A DNA stretch of 63,382 nt, filler included. It is 3 parts of 3 records of this genome, joined end to end, with 100 filler letters (N's around TTAATTAATTAA, not from the genome) between each part and the next. Parts side by side here need not be neighbours in the genome. Positions count along the whole stretch, not along the records: positions 1 to 30,372 come from DRR378314_118; 2 more parts are not named here. One strand, 5' to 3'. The notes under the pieces are model-generated. The model was not told the DNA's origin. It made no database searches and saw only the letters and a list, made by a program, of their open reading frames with translations. Below, in pieces: positions 8,089 through 18,111 of this stretch. The position numbers were made by a program, and so were the translations under genes. Position 1 is the first letter of the stretch; every line of letters starts with the position of its first letter.

Positions 8089-11000
8089 TTAGAAGTCGAA
8101 CGTCGCACCCATGAAGATGTAACGACCGAATGCGTCGTACACTTGTGGGTAGGTGTTACCGTTACCCGGTGCCGTACCAACCACGGAGGAGAGCGGTGGC
8201 TCTTCATCCGTCAGGTTGTTCACGCCAAGGCGGAAGGACATGTAGTCCGTAGCAGCCCAGGAACCGGTCAGGTCGAGGTAGTTCTGAGCGTCGAGAACGC
8301 CGTTGATGGTGCCATCGTCACCACCTTCGATTTCGACTTCAGAGAAGTAACGCCACGTACCGGTGACGCTGAACTTGCCATCAGCATCAGCCCAGGTGAC
8401 AGAAGCCTTGTGACGGTATTCCGGAGACGCACCGTTTGCGACTTCGGTACCACCACCGGAGGCACAGCTGCCGCCATAGTAGCCAACACAGTCGAAGATA
8501 TCAGCAGCTGGCGAATTCGGCAGCGGCTTGGTTTCAAGCGACTCAAGCAGTGTACCAACATAGTCGAACGTCAGACCACCACGGGTGTCGAGGTCGAGAT
8601 CGTAGCTTGCGAGCAAGTCGAAGCCGGATGTCGACAGCGAACCGGTGTTGATATTGGTCGCAACGATGTAGCCAGTCTGGTTAGCCCAGAGCGTACCACC
8701 GGAACCACGGTTGACCAGCGAACAGAAGTACTCGTCGCCTGTCTCAAGGCAGGTGTCGAGTGCCAGTTCCTGCGGAACCGTACCAACGAGGTCTTCAACA
8801 ACGATGTCGAAGTAGTCGAGCGATACGGTCAGGCCCGGGATCATGGATGGTGTTGCCACAAAACCGATGGTGTAGGTGTCGGACTGCTCTGGATCGAGGT
8901 CCGGGTTACCACCGGTCAGCGTGTTGAACTGGCCAGCCGGGTTGTCAGCAATGTTCCGGTACTGGTCCGGTGTCACGCCAGTGTTGGCACACTGAGCGAG
9001 CGTTGCTGTCGGAGCTGCACCGGCACACGGATCGTAGATGCCGTTGGAGCCCTGGGTCAGGTCAAACAGACCGATCGACTGGGTGGAGAACAGTTCGAAG
9101 ATGTTCGCAGCACGGACAGCGCGCTGGAACGAACCGCGGAAGCGGATGTCTTCGACCGGAGCGTACTCCAGACCGATCTTGTAGGCGTCCGAAGACACAG
9201 CATCATAGTTCGAACGACGATAGGCCAGGTCAACGCCGAGAGATTCGACACCTTCATAGCCTTCGATCAGAGGTGCGTTGACCTCGACGAAGTAGTCATA
9301 GACTTCCTGCGAACCTGAAATCGGGTTCGTTGGGCCGCCTTGACCAGCACCGTCGCCAGACTGGAAGTTGCTGTCTGGATTGGAGTCCAGCGTGTCACGA
9401 CGATACTCGGCACCGAAAGCGATTTTCACGCCTTCTTCGGCCATCGGAGACGTCATGCCATAATCAGCAAGGTCAGCATACATTTTGGCCGTAACAACTG
9501 TCTGTGTGACGTCACCATCACGGAACAGTGGCTGGCTGATGTAGCTCACCGCAGCGTCGGACGGGCCGTTGGGTCCGAAGATGTCGTACGGTGCACAGTT
9601 TGGATCATCGTTGGTCGGATCGTCGTCAGCATTGATCCGGCAAACGATTTGGTCGGTCGGGTTGCCTTCATCATCCAAGGCGTAGGCGGCATCAAGTGCC
9701 AGACCGATTTTGCGGATTGACAGATCGTTCTGGTAAATCTCGGAACGATGGTTGTTCGCGTAGATTGCGCTGATGTCGTAGCCCCAAGGCGTATCGCCGA
9801 TGGTGCCCTTCATGCCGATCACGCCACGATAGGTCGTGTGGCGGATGTCATTGAAGCGATTACCGCCTTCGACGTTACGACGCAGAAGCAGAATGTCCGC
9901 GATGCCGTCCGGGCCAAGCGCGGCCTGGTCGGGGTCACCATCGAAACGCGCAACGAAGTCGTCCTGATCAGCCAGCACGTTGCCAGCAGCGTCCGTGTAC
10001 TCACCATCGAGATTCGTGTAACGATCGATCGCACCGTCTGCGATTTCGCCGCAGAGATAGTCAACCTGCTGAGCGGACAGGAACGGGTTGTTACAACGAA
10101 TGCCGCCAGCACCGCCACCGATACCATAGCCGAACACACCGGAAGGTGCGATCTGAGACTTGGTGCGGTTGTCCATGAACATCAGTTCGGAATACACATT
10201 CACGTACTCGTTGATGTCATAGTTTGCGAAAGCGCCGAAGGAGTAACGCTCGTTCGGACGCTGATAGTGGTTGTACGGGTTATAGTTGAACGTATCGGAA
10301 ACGAAGTTACGAGGTCCGATTTCGCCCTGACCATCGAGCACGCGCGCCCAGCCGGTTTGCGTCTGGCTGGTCGGGTCCACACCACCTGGGATCGTGTAGC
10401 CTTGAGCAACGTCCAGAATGTTGGCGAACTGGTTCGTTGAAGAACCGGCACAGGTGAAGTCCTGACCTTCATTGGTCGTCGACAGCGCACACTGTGAATA
10501 GTCGCGGTTTGCCTGAAGGATTTCCTTCGTGTTCTGGAAGCTGACAAAGGCAGACGCGTGGCCGCGGCCATTGTCGAACTTGCCACCAACAGCAGCCGTG
10601 ATGTCGAAGGTTTCACCGTCAGAGGTGGAACCACTCGGCACAGTGTACTGGCTCGGGTTACCAGCAGCAAAGTCAGACAGGATGTCCTGAATGTAGCTGT
10701 TGGAGTTGTCGTGCTGGTAGAAAGAATAGTTGGAGTCGATGCGCAGACCTTCGAACTCTGTGTCGAGCACGAAGTTCACAACACCGGCAACAGCGTCAGA
10801 ACCGTACGTCGCAGACGCACCACCGGTCAGGACGTCAACTTTCTTGACCATGGCGGCCGGGATGAAGTTGATGTCCGGAGCAGCCGTGTTCAGCGAGCCG
10901 TATGGCAGGCGGCGGCCGTTCAAAAGGGTCAGCGTACGGGATGCACCGAGACCACGCAGGTTGACCGAAGACGTACCGGTCGAGCCGTTGGCCAGGTTGG

Positions 11001-11310
11001 AGCCCTGAGCGCCGAATGCCTGTGGCAGCGAGTTGATCATGTCTTCCGCACGAACAACACCGCGGACGTCGAAGTCTGCGGAGCCGAGCGATGTGACCGG
11101 GCTGGTTTCAACCAGGTTGCCGCTTTGCGGGATCAGGGACCCCGTGACAACGATAGTTTGCTGGACAGCGGCTTCTTCGTCGCCGGCTTCCGTTACTGCG
11201 ATGACTTCGTCTTCTTGCGCATGTGCCGGCAACGCTGCAGCGGCAGCGAGTGCAGCCCCCGCAAACACCGACGACGCCAGAAGGCGTGTCTTCAAGTTAA
11301 GTTCGCTCAC
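8089..11310 (-). CDS. TonB-dependent receptor, 1073 aa
   Basis: Signal peptide, TonB box TIVVTGS, plug motifs NLRGLG..RTLTLLNGRR and TGGASATYGSDAVAGVVN, and C-terminal F. Confidence 0.96.
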   Translation of the reverse strand: MSELNLKTRLLASSVFAGAALAAAAALPAHAQEDEVIAVTEAGDEEAAVQQTIVVTGSLIPQSGNLVETSPVTSLGSADFDVRGVVRAEDMINSLPQAFGAQGSNLANGSTGTSSVNLRGLGASRTLTLLNGRRLPYGSLNTAAPDINFIPAAMVKKVDVLTGGASATYGSDAVAGVVNFVLDTEFEGLRIDSNYSFYQHDNSNSYIQDILSDFAAGNPSQYTVPSGSTSDGETFDITAAVGGKFDNGRGHASAFVSFQNTKEILQANRDYSQCALSTTNEGQDFTCAGSSTNQFANILDVAQGYTIPGGVDPTSQTQTGWARVLDGQGEIGPRNFVSDTFNYNPYNHYQRPNERYSFGAFANYDINEYVNVYSELMFMDNRTKSQIAPSGVFGYGIGGGAGGIRCNNPFLSAQQVDYLCGEIADGAIDRYTNLDGEYTDAAGNVLADQDDFVARFDGDPDQAALGPDGIADILLLRRNVEGGNRFNDIRHTTYRGVIGMKGTIGDTPWGYDISAIYANNHRSEIYQNDLSIRKIGLALDAAYALDDEGNPTDQIVCRINADDDPTNDDPNCAPYDIFGPNGPSDAAVSYISQPLFRDGDVTQTVVTAKMYADLADYGMTSPMAEEGVKIAFGAEYRRDTLDSNPDSNFQSGDGAGQGGPTNPISGSQEVYDYFVEVNAPLIEGYEGVESLGVDLAYRRSNYDAVSSDAYKIGLEYAPVEDIRFRGSFQRAVRAANIFELFSTQSIGLFDLTQGSNGIYDPCAGAAPTATLAQCANTGVTPDQYRNIADNPAGQFNTLTGGNPDLDPEQSDTYTIGFVATPSMIPGLTVSLDYFDIVVEDLVGTVPQELALDTCLETGDEYFCSLVNRGSGGTLWANQTGYIVATNINTGSLSTSGFDLLASYDLDLDTRGGLTFDYVGTLLESLETKPLPNSPAADIFDCVGYYGGSCASGGGTEVANGASPEYRHKASVTWADADGKFSVTGTWRYFSEVEIEGGDDGTINGVLDAQNYLDLTGSWAATDYMSFRLGVNNLTDEEPPLSSVVGTAPGNGNTYPQVYDAFGRYIFMGATFDF

Positions 11311-11671
11311 CTGAACCTCCGAGTGGGATTATTTTGAAAAATGCCCGCGTCTCACGACGGGCAAACCTGGCCCCCTTCGACCAAGTCTTACGTGGCAGTA
11401 AGAAATGTGCGCCGCAGATAGTCAATCGGATGCAACGGTGCTTTTGGGTGAAATGACAATGGTGTGACAGAAACGCATCACCTTTTCGGGTCAATTTGAG
11501 CATTATTATCCCAATTCCCTAGGGGAATGACGAAAAATTGCCCGAACTGTCGCAATCACTGCTGTTCAGCCGCGCCCAACAATTAGGCATTTTCGGACTA
11601 TTCTCGCGTCATTCAGCTCTGGAAATCCGGATTCGCGTAGGTTGAATGAAACTTTCGAATAATTGCCCTGA

Positions 11672-12790
11672 TCAGGTCAGCGCAAACGATACGGCAATCA
11701 ACAGGGCCAACAGGATGATGAGGACGATAAAACTCGAAAAGAGCAAAATCAGCGTCCGCAGCATCGCCATGATCCGGCCTGTTCCGTAGGTCACGCGCAA
11801 CTGTTTGTAGAGATATACGATCAACGTCAGAACACCGAACAGGACCAGCCAGCCGGTCATCGAAGGCCTGATCGCCGCAACGACCAGAAACACCGTCGCC
11901 GTCATGTAGATGAACGTCTGCACATGCAGCGCCGTGATGACATGATCATAAATGTACCGGCTGCGATGCCACGCATAGAGCAGCGTCAGCATCAGCGCGA
12001 GAATCGGCATGAACATCAGGCTGAATCGCGGCGCCCATTCGCGTATTCGCGCACCATATCGGTCCTGGTTCTCGTAAACAGTGGCGGCATGGTCGGCGGC
12101 GCGCCAGGCCTGTTGGCGCTGCTCAACCGTCGCATTCTCGTCCAGACGGGCATTGACCTCATCATAGAGCGCGTCGCGATTGATCCGGCCATCATCCTGC
12201 AAGATACGCTGGACGGTGATGCCATGCTGCGCGTCGTTCAGCGTCTGCTGCAGTTCGAGACGCGCCTCCTCATCCAGGTCTGCGTTGTCGAGTTGCTCGC
12301 GGATCTTTGCCAGCCGGTCTTCAGACACAATGGGCGTGGGCTCACCGGTCTCATCCAGACCGAGATCGAGCCCCTCCTCCAGCATGTCATTGATCTTGAA
12401 CGTATGGTACCAGCCGAGTTGGTCGCCCAGCGTGAACAGGGTGAGGAAGAACACGACCGATGCCAGCAGGAACATGCGGAATGGCGGCACATAGCGCGCC
12501 CGTTTGCCTTCCAGATAATTGCGCGTCATCCGCCCCGGTCGAAAGAACAGCAGCGGCAATGACCGCCACAGACGCCCATCAAGGGCGAATGTGTCGGCCA
12601 GGCTGCTCATGACCAGATCCCAGACGGGGCGATGGAAATCAGACGCCAATTGCCCACAGGTCGTACAGAACCTGTCTTCGACAATCGCACCGCAATTGGC
12701 GCAGGGCAGTCCGGAATTTACCGGATGATGGTCCCCCGTGGTCAGGCCACTGCCAGAGGCAAGGCCTGCCGCTTCCATCTCATGTTCCAT
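11672..12790 (-). CDS. DUF3667-type membrane protein with an N-terminal Zn-ribbon
   Basis: CANCG..FCTTCGQ, RPGRMTRNYLEGKRARYVPPFRMFL, and multiple TM segments. Confidence 0.85.
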   Translation of the reverse strand: MEHEMEAAGLASGSGLTTGDHHPVNSGLPCANCGAIVEDRFCTTCGQLASDFHRPVWDLVMSSLADTFALDGRLWRSLPLLFFRPGRMTRNYLEGKRARYVPPFRMFLLASVVFFLTLFTLGDQLGWYHTFKINDMLEEGLDLGLDETGEPTPIVSEDRLAKIREQLDNADLDEEARLELQQTLNDAQHGITVQRILQDDGRINRDALYDEVNARLDENATVEQRQQAWRAADHAATVYENQDRYGARIREWAPRFSLMFMPILALMLTLLYAWHRSRYIYDHVITALHVQTFIYMTATVFLVVAAIRPSMTGWLVLFGVLTLIVYLYKQLRVTYGTGRIMAMLRTLILLFSSFIVLIILLALLIAVSFALT

Positions 12791-12814
12791 TCCAAGACCC
12801 CCGTCCTGTTACCC

Positions 12815-14443
12815 CTACTCGCTTGTGCCAAGCCCATCCCGGCACAGGAAGCGGGAGCGGTTCTGGTCCTTCGCGTTGTCGATCCATCCCGTCAGCGACG
12901 GATCGACCAGATTCTTCGTCACCTGGAACCACATCGGCGTGATCGGATAATCTTCCAGCATCAGCTGTTCGGCCTCCGCGAAGATTTCCGCCCGCTTGTC
13001 CAGGTCCAGCTCCCGATTGGATTGCTGCAGAAGGGCATCATACTCCGGATTGGAATAATCGCCATAATTCTGCTGGCCGGTGTTCGAATCCAGCAGGTAG
13101 AGGAAATTAATCGGGTCGTCGAAATCCGCCACCCACGCCGCGTCGGAAACTTCAAAATCCGATTGGCGCAGGCGGGCATACAGAACCTTGGTATCCTGCT
13201 TCACGATGATCGGATCGACCCAAGGCGCAATGTCGGCCCAGTTTGCCTGAGCGACCGGGGCAACCTTCGGATTGTCGTCCGTCGAGCGATGAATGAATTC
13301 GAAGCTGAGCGGATTATCTGGCCCGAAGCCGGCTTCCTCCAGAAGGCGTTTTGCTTCCGCAAGGCGTTCGGCGCGTGGGAGATCCTTCCATTCGAGTTCA
13401 GGACGGGTCACCGCATAATTGTCCATGCCCGGCGGAACAAAGGAATAGGCCGGTTCAAAGCCAGGCGTCAGCACGTTCTTGACCATGAATTCGCGATCCA
13501 AAGCCATCGCTAGCGCCTTGCGCACGCGCATGTCGTTGAACGGGGCCTGCTGGGTGTTGAAACTCCAATAGGTCGTGTTCAGGGATGGCGTCGTGCGAGG
13601 CCAGCCCGGCAGTTTCGCCTCGATCTCATCGGCGCGGGCGCCATCGAAGGCATTGTTGATGTCCAGCTCGCCCGCCTGGATCTTGTTTTCAACCGCAGTC
13701 AGGTCTTCCAGTTCGAAATAGACGACCCGGCCAAAACAGGCTTCGTCCGCACCGAACCCGGTCGGGTTCTTGTCGGCGACGAGTTGGTCGCCCGTGCGCC
13801 AGTAGACGAGCTTGTACGGGCCGTTCACCACAATATTGTCCGGCTGGATCCACGCATCGCCATAGGTTTCGATAGCCTGGCTCGGCACAGGGAAAGTCGT
13901 GTAGTGGGACAACAGGCCCGGCAGGTATGGCGCGGGATATTCCAGCGTGATCTCGAGCGTTTTGTCGTCAATCGCACGCACGCCCAGTTCTTCTGGCGGC
14001 AATTCGGTCGCGTTCACCTTGGAGGCGTTCTTGATCAGATAAAGCAGCGAGGCATATTGCGAGGCGACTTCCGGGGCCTGAATACGGCGCAGCGCAAAGA
14101 CGAAGTCGTTTGCCGTTACGGGTGTGCCATCTGACCAGTTATAGTCGCCAAGATGGAAGGTCCAGACGAGACCGTCCTCGCTGGTTTCCCAATGCGTGGC
14201 CATGCCCGGCTGCGGGCGCGCGTCCGGCCCATCGGTTGTAAGGCCGATGAACATGTCGCCGATGACGATGTTTTCCCACTGGGCTGAAGACTTGTGCGGA
14301 TCGAGCGTATCCACCTTGGCTGAAATTCCGCGCCGCAGTGTTGGCACATCCTCACCCCCGGAATTGCCGCCGCCTCCGCAGGCAGCGAGGGTCAGGGCGA
14401 ACACAGCGGCCATGCCGCTGCCGATCAACGCATTCAGCTTCAT
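12815..14443 (-). CDS. oppA: Peptide ABC transporter substrate-binding lipoprotein (OppA-like)
   Basis: Lipobox LAAC, TLDPHK, SEDGLVWTFHL..WSDGTPVTANDFVF and VNGPYKL (family 5 SBP). Confidence 0.9.
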   Translation of the reverse strand: MKLNALIGSGMAAVFALTLAACGGGGNSGGEDVPTLRRGISAKVDTLDPHKSSAQWENIVIGDMFIGLTTDGPDARPQPGMATHWETSEDGLVWTFHLGDYNWSDGTPVTANDFVFALRRIQAPEVASQYASLLYLIKNASKVNATELPPEELGVRAIDDKTLEITLEYPAPYLPGLLSHYTTFPVPSQAIETYGDAWIQPDNIVVNGPYKLVYWRTGDQLVADKNPTGFGADEACFGRVVYFELEDLTAVENKIQAGELDINNAFDGARADEIEAKLPGWPRTTPSLNTTYWSFNTQQAPFNDMRVRKALAMALDREFMVKNVLTPGFEPAYSFVPPGMDNYAVTRPELEWKDLPRAERLAEAKRLLEEAGFGPDNPLSFEFIHRSTDDNPKVAPVAQANWADIAPWVDPIIVKQDTKVLYARLRQSDFEVSDAAWVADFDDPINFLYLLDSNTGQQNYGDYSNPEYDALLQQSNRELDLDKRAEIFAEAEQLMLEDYPITPMWFQVTKNLVDPSLTGWIDNAKDQNRSRFLCRDGLGTSE

Positions 14444-14556
14444 TGTTTTTATGTCTCCAAACTCTTTTCGGCTTTCGCACGATTTGCCACAGTGCTGCCA
14501 GACCGCGAGGGATTTGCAAAGCCTTCGTGCCGGTTGAACGACATGAGGTGAGAGAA

Positions 14557-15057
14557 ATGACCCGCTTTTGGTGCATCACAGGAATGATTATTGCGCTGGG
14601 CGCTCCGGCCGTGGCCGAGGAAATCTCCACGGAAGATGTCTATGCCTGCACCGCGATCGAGGCAGATGTTGAGCGCCTGGCATGCTATGACGCTGCCGTA
14701 GGGCGTCTCCAGGCAGCCGAAGAGGCGGGCGAAGTCACAACGGTGACACGCAAGGAAGTCGAGCAAGTCCAGAAGGATTCCTTCGGCTTCTCCATCCCGT
14801 CCCTGCCCTCTATCGTGCTGGGCAAGTCTGGTGAAGATGGCAATCTGACGGAAGTGACCCAACCCGTGAAATCCATCCGCGGCGGGCGTGGAAGCTTGAT
14901 CGTCTATCTCGAAAACGGGCAGATCTGGCGCCAGACGGATTCAAAGGCGATACGCAATAGCGGCCAGTCCGAAGCACAGATCTATGAAGCCGCCCTCGGC
15001 AGCTACAAGATAAAACTGGATGGCGGTCTCGCCTTCCGGGCTGAGCGGATCAAGTAA
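14557..15057 (+). CDS. Exported hypothetical protein with a Cys pair (C..I..DVERLACYD motif)
   Basis: Signal peptide, ACTAIEADVERLACYD and LENGQIWRQ. A GAGG RBS-like sequence lies upstream. Confidence 0.75.
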   Translation: MTRFWCITGMIIALGAPAVAEEISTEDVYACTAIEADVERLACYDAAVGRLQAAEEAGEVTTVTRKEVEQVQKDSFGFSIPSLPSIVLGKSGEDGNLTEVTQPVKSIRGGRGSLIVYLENGQIWRQTDSKAIRNSGQSEAQIYEAALGSYKIKLDGGLAFRAERIK

Positions 15058-15146
15058 CTGCATCCATCTTCGGCACGATCTGCCCAGCAGGGCTGCATTC
15101 TCACAGGTTTGCGCGCAACCTGTCCTGCCGGGCTTGCTGGCAGCGT

Positions 15147-15171
15147 GAAACCTTTGAGACGCTGATACGTA
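15147..15171 (+). promoter_or_regulatory. Putative EcfG/sigmaT-type promoter upstream of mscS
   Basis: GAAAC-N16-CGTA, a two-mismatch match to GGAAC-N16-CGTT. Confidence 0.35.
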
Positions 15172-15196
15172 CCCCGTACACACCGACACAGGGGAA

Positions 15197-16204
15197 TTGC
15201 GTATCCGAACGAAGATTGATGCCCGAGCCAAAACACGCTGGCTGAAACGATTTCGCCCGCCAATCCTGTTCGCCCTGTGCGGTGCGGCGCTGGTTTTCCT
15301 TGCGCCTTACCTGCCGGACTACGTTCCCGATCATTTCCTGACAGACGAGCGCGCAGAGGCCATTTCCGAAATAGCCTCCGGCGTTCTTTTCATTCTGGCC
15401 CTCGGCTGGCTCGTCGGTACCATCGTGGACGCTTTGATCAAACGACGCCTCGCCGGACTTCACCTGGATGCCGAAGACAATCTGGAAGCGCGCAAATCCG
15501 CGACCCGGCTGGATGTGGTGCGCCGCGTCTGGATCGTCATCGCCGGCATTGTAACCATCGCCGCGGCCCTCACCGTCATTCCGGGCGTAAAGCAGATCGG
15601 CGTCAGCCTGTTTGCATCTGCCGGAATAGCAGGCATCGCAATCGGCCTTGCCGCGCGGCCGGTGCTGAGCAATCTGATCGCGGGGCTGCAGATCGCGTTT
15701 ACCCAACCCATCAGATTGGACGATGCCGTCGTTGTCGAAGGGGAATGGGGTTGGATCGAGGAAATCGGCCTGTTTTACGTGGTCATCAAGATCTGGGACT
15801 GGCGGCGCCTTGTTGTGCCCCTATCCTACTTCATCGAAAAACCCTTCCAGAACTGGACCCGCAAGAGCGCATCGATCATTGGGCCGATTTACTGGACAGT
15901 GGACTATCATGCGCCAATTAGCCGGATGCGGGAGAAACTCGAAGAGATCTGCAAATCCACGCCGCTTTGGGATGGTGACGTGGTGAATTTGCAGGTGACT
16001 GAAGCGTCTGGGACGTCGGTCACCGTGCGCGGTCTGGCCTCCGCCAGCACATCTCCCAAAGCATGGGATTTGCGCTGCCTGATCCGGGAACAGATGATCG
16101 AATGGCTTCAGACTGAACACCCTGAGGCCCTGCCCCGCCTGAGAGCTGATACGGCGATAGACATGCCGGACGAATTCAGCGGATTTGCGCCTCAACGCGA
16201 ATAG
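15197..16204 (+). CDS. Small-conductance mechanosensitive channel (MscS family)
   Basis: SLFASAGIAGIAIGLAARPVLSNLIAG..QPIRLDDAVVVEGEWGWIEEIG. Confidence 0.92.
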   Translation: MRIRTKIDARAKTRWLKRFRPPILFALCGAALVFLAPYLPDYVPDHFLTDERAEAISEIASGVLFILALGWLVGTIVDALIKRRLAGLHLDAEDNLEARKSATRLDVVRRVWIVIAGIVTIAAALTVIPGVKQIGVSLFASAGIAGIAIGLAARPVLSNLIAGLQIAFTQPIRLDDAVVVEGEWGWIEEIGLFYVVIKIWDWRRLVVPLSYFIEKPFQNWTRKSASIIGPIYWTVDYHAPISRMREKLEEICKSTPLWDGDVVNLQVTEASGTSVTVRGLASASTSPKAWDLRCLIREQMIEWLQTEHPEALPRLRADTAIDMPDEFSGFAPQRE

Positions 16205-16208
16205 GTGA

Positions 16209-16880
16209 TTACCAGGGGTGAGTCTGGCCTTCATAATCAATGAACCGAAGCTCTTTAGACGGACCAGCCGAGGTCAGCACATTGTAAAGCCCCTCTGCGC
16301 TATCGACCGGGCGCACCGGAGCGTCAGCGCCGCCCATATCCGTATGGGCCCATCCCGGATGCAGCGCCAGCACTGTAACGCCCCTCTCCGCGAGTGCCGG
16401 AGCGGCCGACCGCAGGGCCATGTTCAGTCCCGCCTTTGAAACGCGATAGACAAACGCAAAATCGTTTGTGGTATTCTCGATTGAGGCCACCATGCTTGAC
16501 AGGCCAGCCGCGATCTTCACCTCACTCGCTGCAACATTGTCGAGCAGGACGTCCATGATCCGTACCGGGGCAATTGTATTGACTGCCAGCATTTCGGCGA
16601 ACACATCGTAGTCGATGTCCTTGAAACCATCGAAGGTACAGATGCCTGCATTGTTGATCAGATAGTCGATCGGCTCGTCCCCGAGGGTCGACTTCAGGGC
16701 TGCCACCGAGTCAGCATCTGTCACTTCCAGCGGGTAGACACGGGCGCCTGTGGCGTTCAGCTCAGTTGCCGAATCTGGGTTTCGAGCGGTCGCAATGACG
16801 TCATGGCCTTCAGCGAGAAACTTGCGAACCAGCTCAAGGCCAATGCCTCGGTTGGCTCCGGTAATAAGGGCAGTAGGCAT
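16209..16880 (-). CDS. SDR-family oxidoreductase (C-factor-like)
   Basis: ITGANRGIG, NNAG, YRVSK and LHPGW..TDMGG. Confidence 0.93.
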   Translation of the reverse strand: MPTALITGANRGIGLELVRKFLAEGHDVIATARNPDSATELNATGARVYPLEVTDADSVAALKSTLGDEPIDYLINNAGICTFDGFKDIDYDVFAEMLAVNTIAPVRIMDVLLDNVAASEVKIAAGLSSMVASIENTTNDFAFVYRVSKAGLNMALRSAAPALAERGVTVLALHPGWAHTDMGGADAPVRPVDSAEGLYNVLTSAGPSKELRFIDYEGQTHPW

Positions 16881-16945
16881 TGCAGGGCTCCATCACACTG
16901 GCATCTGATATTGATATATCATTTTACTCGCCAATGGGGCCGTGT

Positions 16946-17227
16946 CTAGCTTTCCGATATGATCCGGTAAACAGCGGTAGCCTTCATCACGGGTTGGTCG
17001 CCCTGACGGGCCGTGCCACCGGTAAACAGAACAGTTCTTGTGCGACGGTCGATCCGCGGCTCAAATTGTATGTCCGCCGCATCCGTCGCAGCAGAGGAAA
17101 CATCAAACGTAACGGATACCATCTCGACGGTATTCGGGGCACAGGCAGCTTCAGCATCGGCACGAATGGCCGCCATCAGGTCAAGGGCCAATTGCTCGTC
17201 CCGTCTCACATTCGTGCTGTCCTGCAT
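16946..17227 (-). CDS. Small hypothetical protein, possibly hot-dog fold
   Basis: 93-aa ORF ending RIDRRTRTVLFTGGTARQGDQPVMKATAVYRI, which resembles the thioesterase C-terminal strands. Confidence 0.6.
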   Translation of the reverse strand: MQDSTNVRRDEQLALDLMAAIRADAEAACAPNTVEMVSVTFDVSSAATDAADIQFEPRIDRRTRTVLFTGGTARQGDQPVMKATAVYRIISES

Positions 17228-17282
17228 ATCTCGAAACCCCGCTTCTTTTGTTCTGGTCGCAGCACTTAGACAGGCTACCCTC

Positions 17283-17397
17283 AAAAGAAAAGGGCCAGAT
17301 CGGCTGGGGGGAAGAGAGGGGGAAACCGATCTGGCCTTCAATGTAATCCCACGCAGCAGCTGACGGGGGTGAGTCAGGGGAGTGTGCTGCGAGGTCC
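17283..17397 (-). ncRNA. Candidate trans-acting sRNA with C-rich loops (GsrN-like)
   Basis: Two hairpins with C-rich loops, a U-tail, an upstream GAAC-N16-CGTA promoter-like motif, and an insulating upstream terminator. Confidence 0.55.
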
Positions 17398-17403
17398 TAT
17401 CAG

Positions 17404-17428
17404 TACGCACCACAATCCGTTTGGTTCA
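17404..17428 (-). promoter_or_regulatory. Putative EcfG/sigmaT-type promoter for the sRNA candidate
   Basis: Minus strand TGAAC-caaacggattgtggtg(16)-CGTA. Confidence 0.45.
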
Positions 17429-17442
17429 CAGGAATTTTCGGC

Positions 17443-17475
17443 AAACACAAAAAAACCGCCCCGAAGGACGGTTTC
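17443..17475 (-). terminator. Intrinsic terminator
   Basis: Minus strand AAACCGTCC-TTCG-GGGCGGTTTTTTTGTGTT. Confidence 0.8.
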
Positions 17476-17494
17476 TTTCAGCATGATCGCTGGA

Positions 17495-17917
17495 TCAGGC
17501 GGCTTTGGCCGCCGCCGTCACTGCGTCCAGATCAGAGCCGATCAGGTCGCCCAGATGGCCAAACCCGACCAGGCCATGATGCTCGTCCATATAAGTGGAA
17601 ATGCACGGCAGCAGCTGGCCGATGGCTTTGTGGTCCAGGCCAATCTTGTGCAGCTCGGTGATCATGGATTGCGCGACCACGCGCTTGCCGCCGGGTGTCT
17701 GTTCGATCATGCGGGCGATTGTGCCGGTCGGCGCGCCGATGGCGCTGCCTGTACGGGCCGACAGGGCGCGAGCACCGGGAACCGTCTTGAACATCGCCGT
17801 GGCGAAGGGTGAATCCTGGCGCTCAGCCGCGTTCAGGACGATACCCAATGCACTTTTCGCCGTCTCTTCAGACAGCTCATTGTGACGGGCGATATGGGCA
17901 GTGATCTCGTTCAGCAT
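17495..17917 (-). CDS. Hypothetical helical protein (DUF2267/DUF2780-like)
   Basis: 140-aa ORF with GGAG RBS and downstream terminator. LSEETAKSALGIVL..FKTVPGARAL pattern. Confidence 0.65.
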   Translation of the reverse strand: MLNEITAHIARHNELSEETAKSALGIVLNAAERQDSPFATAMFKTVPGARALSARTGSAIGAPTGTIARMIEQTPGGKRVVAQSMITELHKIGLDHKAIGQLLPCISTYMDEHHGLVGFGHLGDLIGSDLDAVTAAAKAA

Positions 17918-18111
17918 GTGCGGCTACGCTCCGGCAAGGTTAACACCTGTAGAGCCCCTATTAACGCTGTTTGTGCTTACCGCTTCGTTACCTTATCTGA
18001 CCGCGCGGACAACAAACCCTGCAAAGAACGTTAAGACCCGTTAGGGCCGGGTAAACAAACAGTGCCGATTCGTTTACTCTCTCGGCCAACCCCCATCTCG
18101 AAGGAGCAAAC

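Noticed and set aside
17935..18060. CtrA boxes between the hypothetical gene and the Gfo/Idh/MocA gene
   Set aside because: Several TTAA(C) half-sites are present, but none has the N7 spacing.
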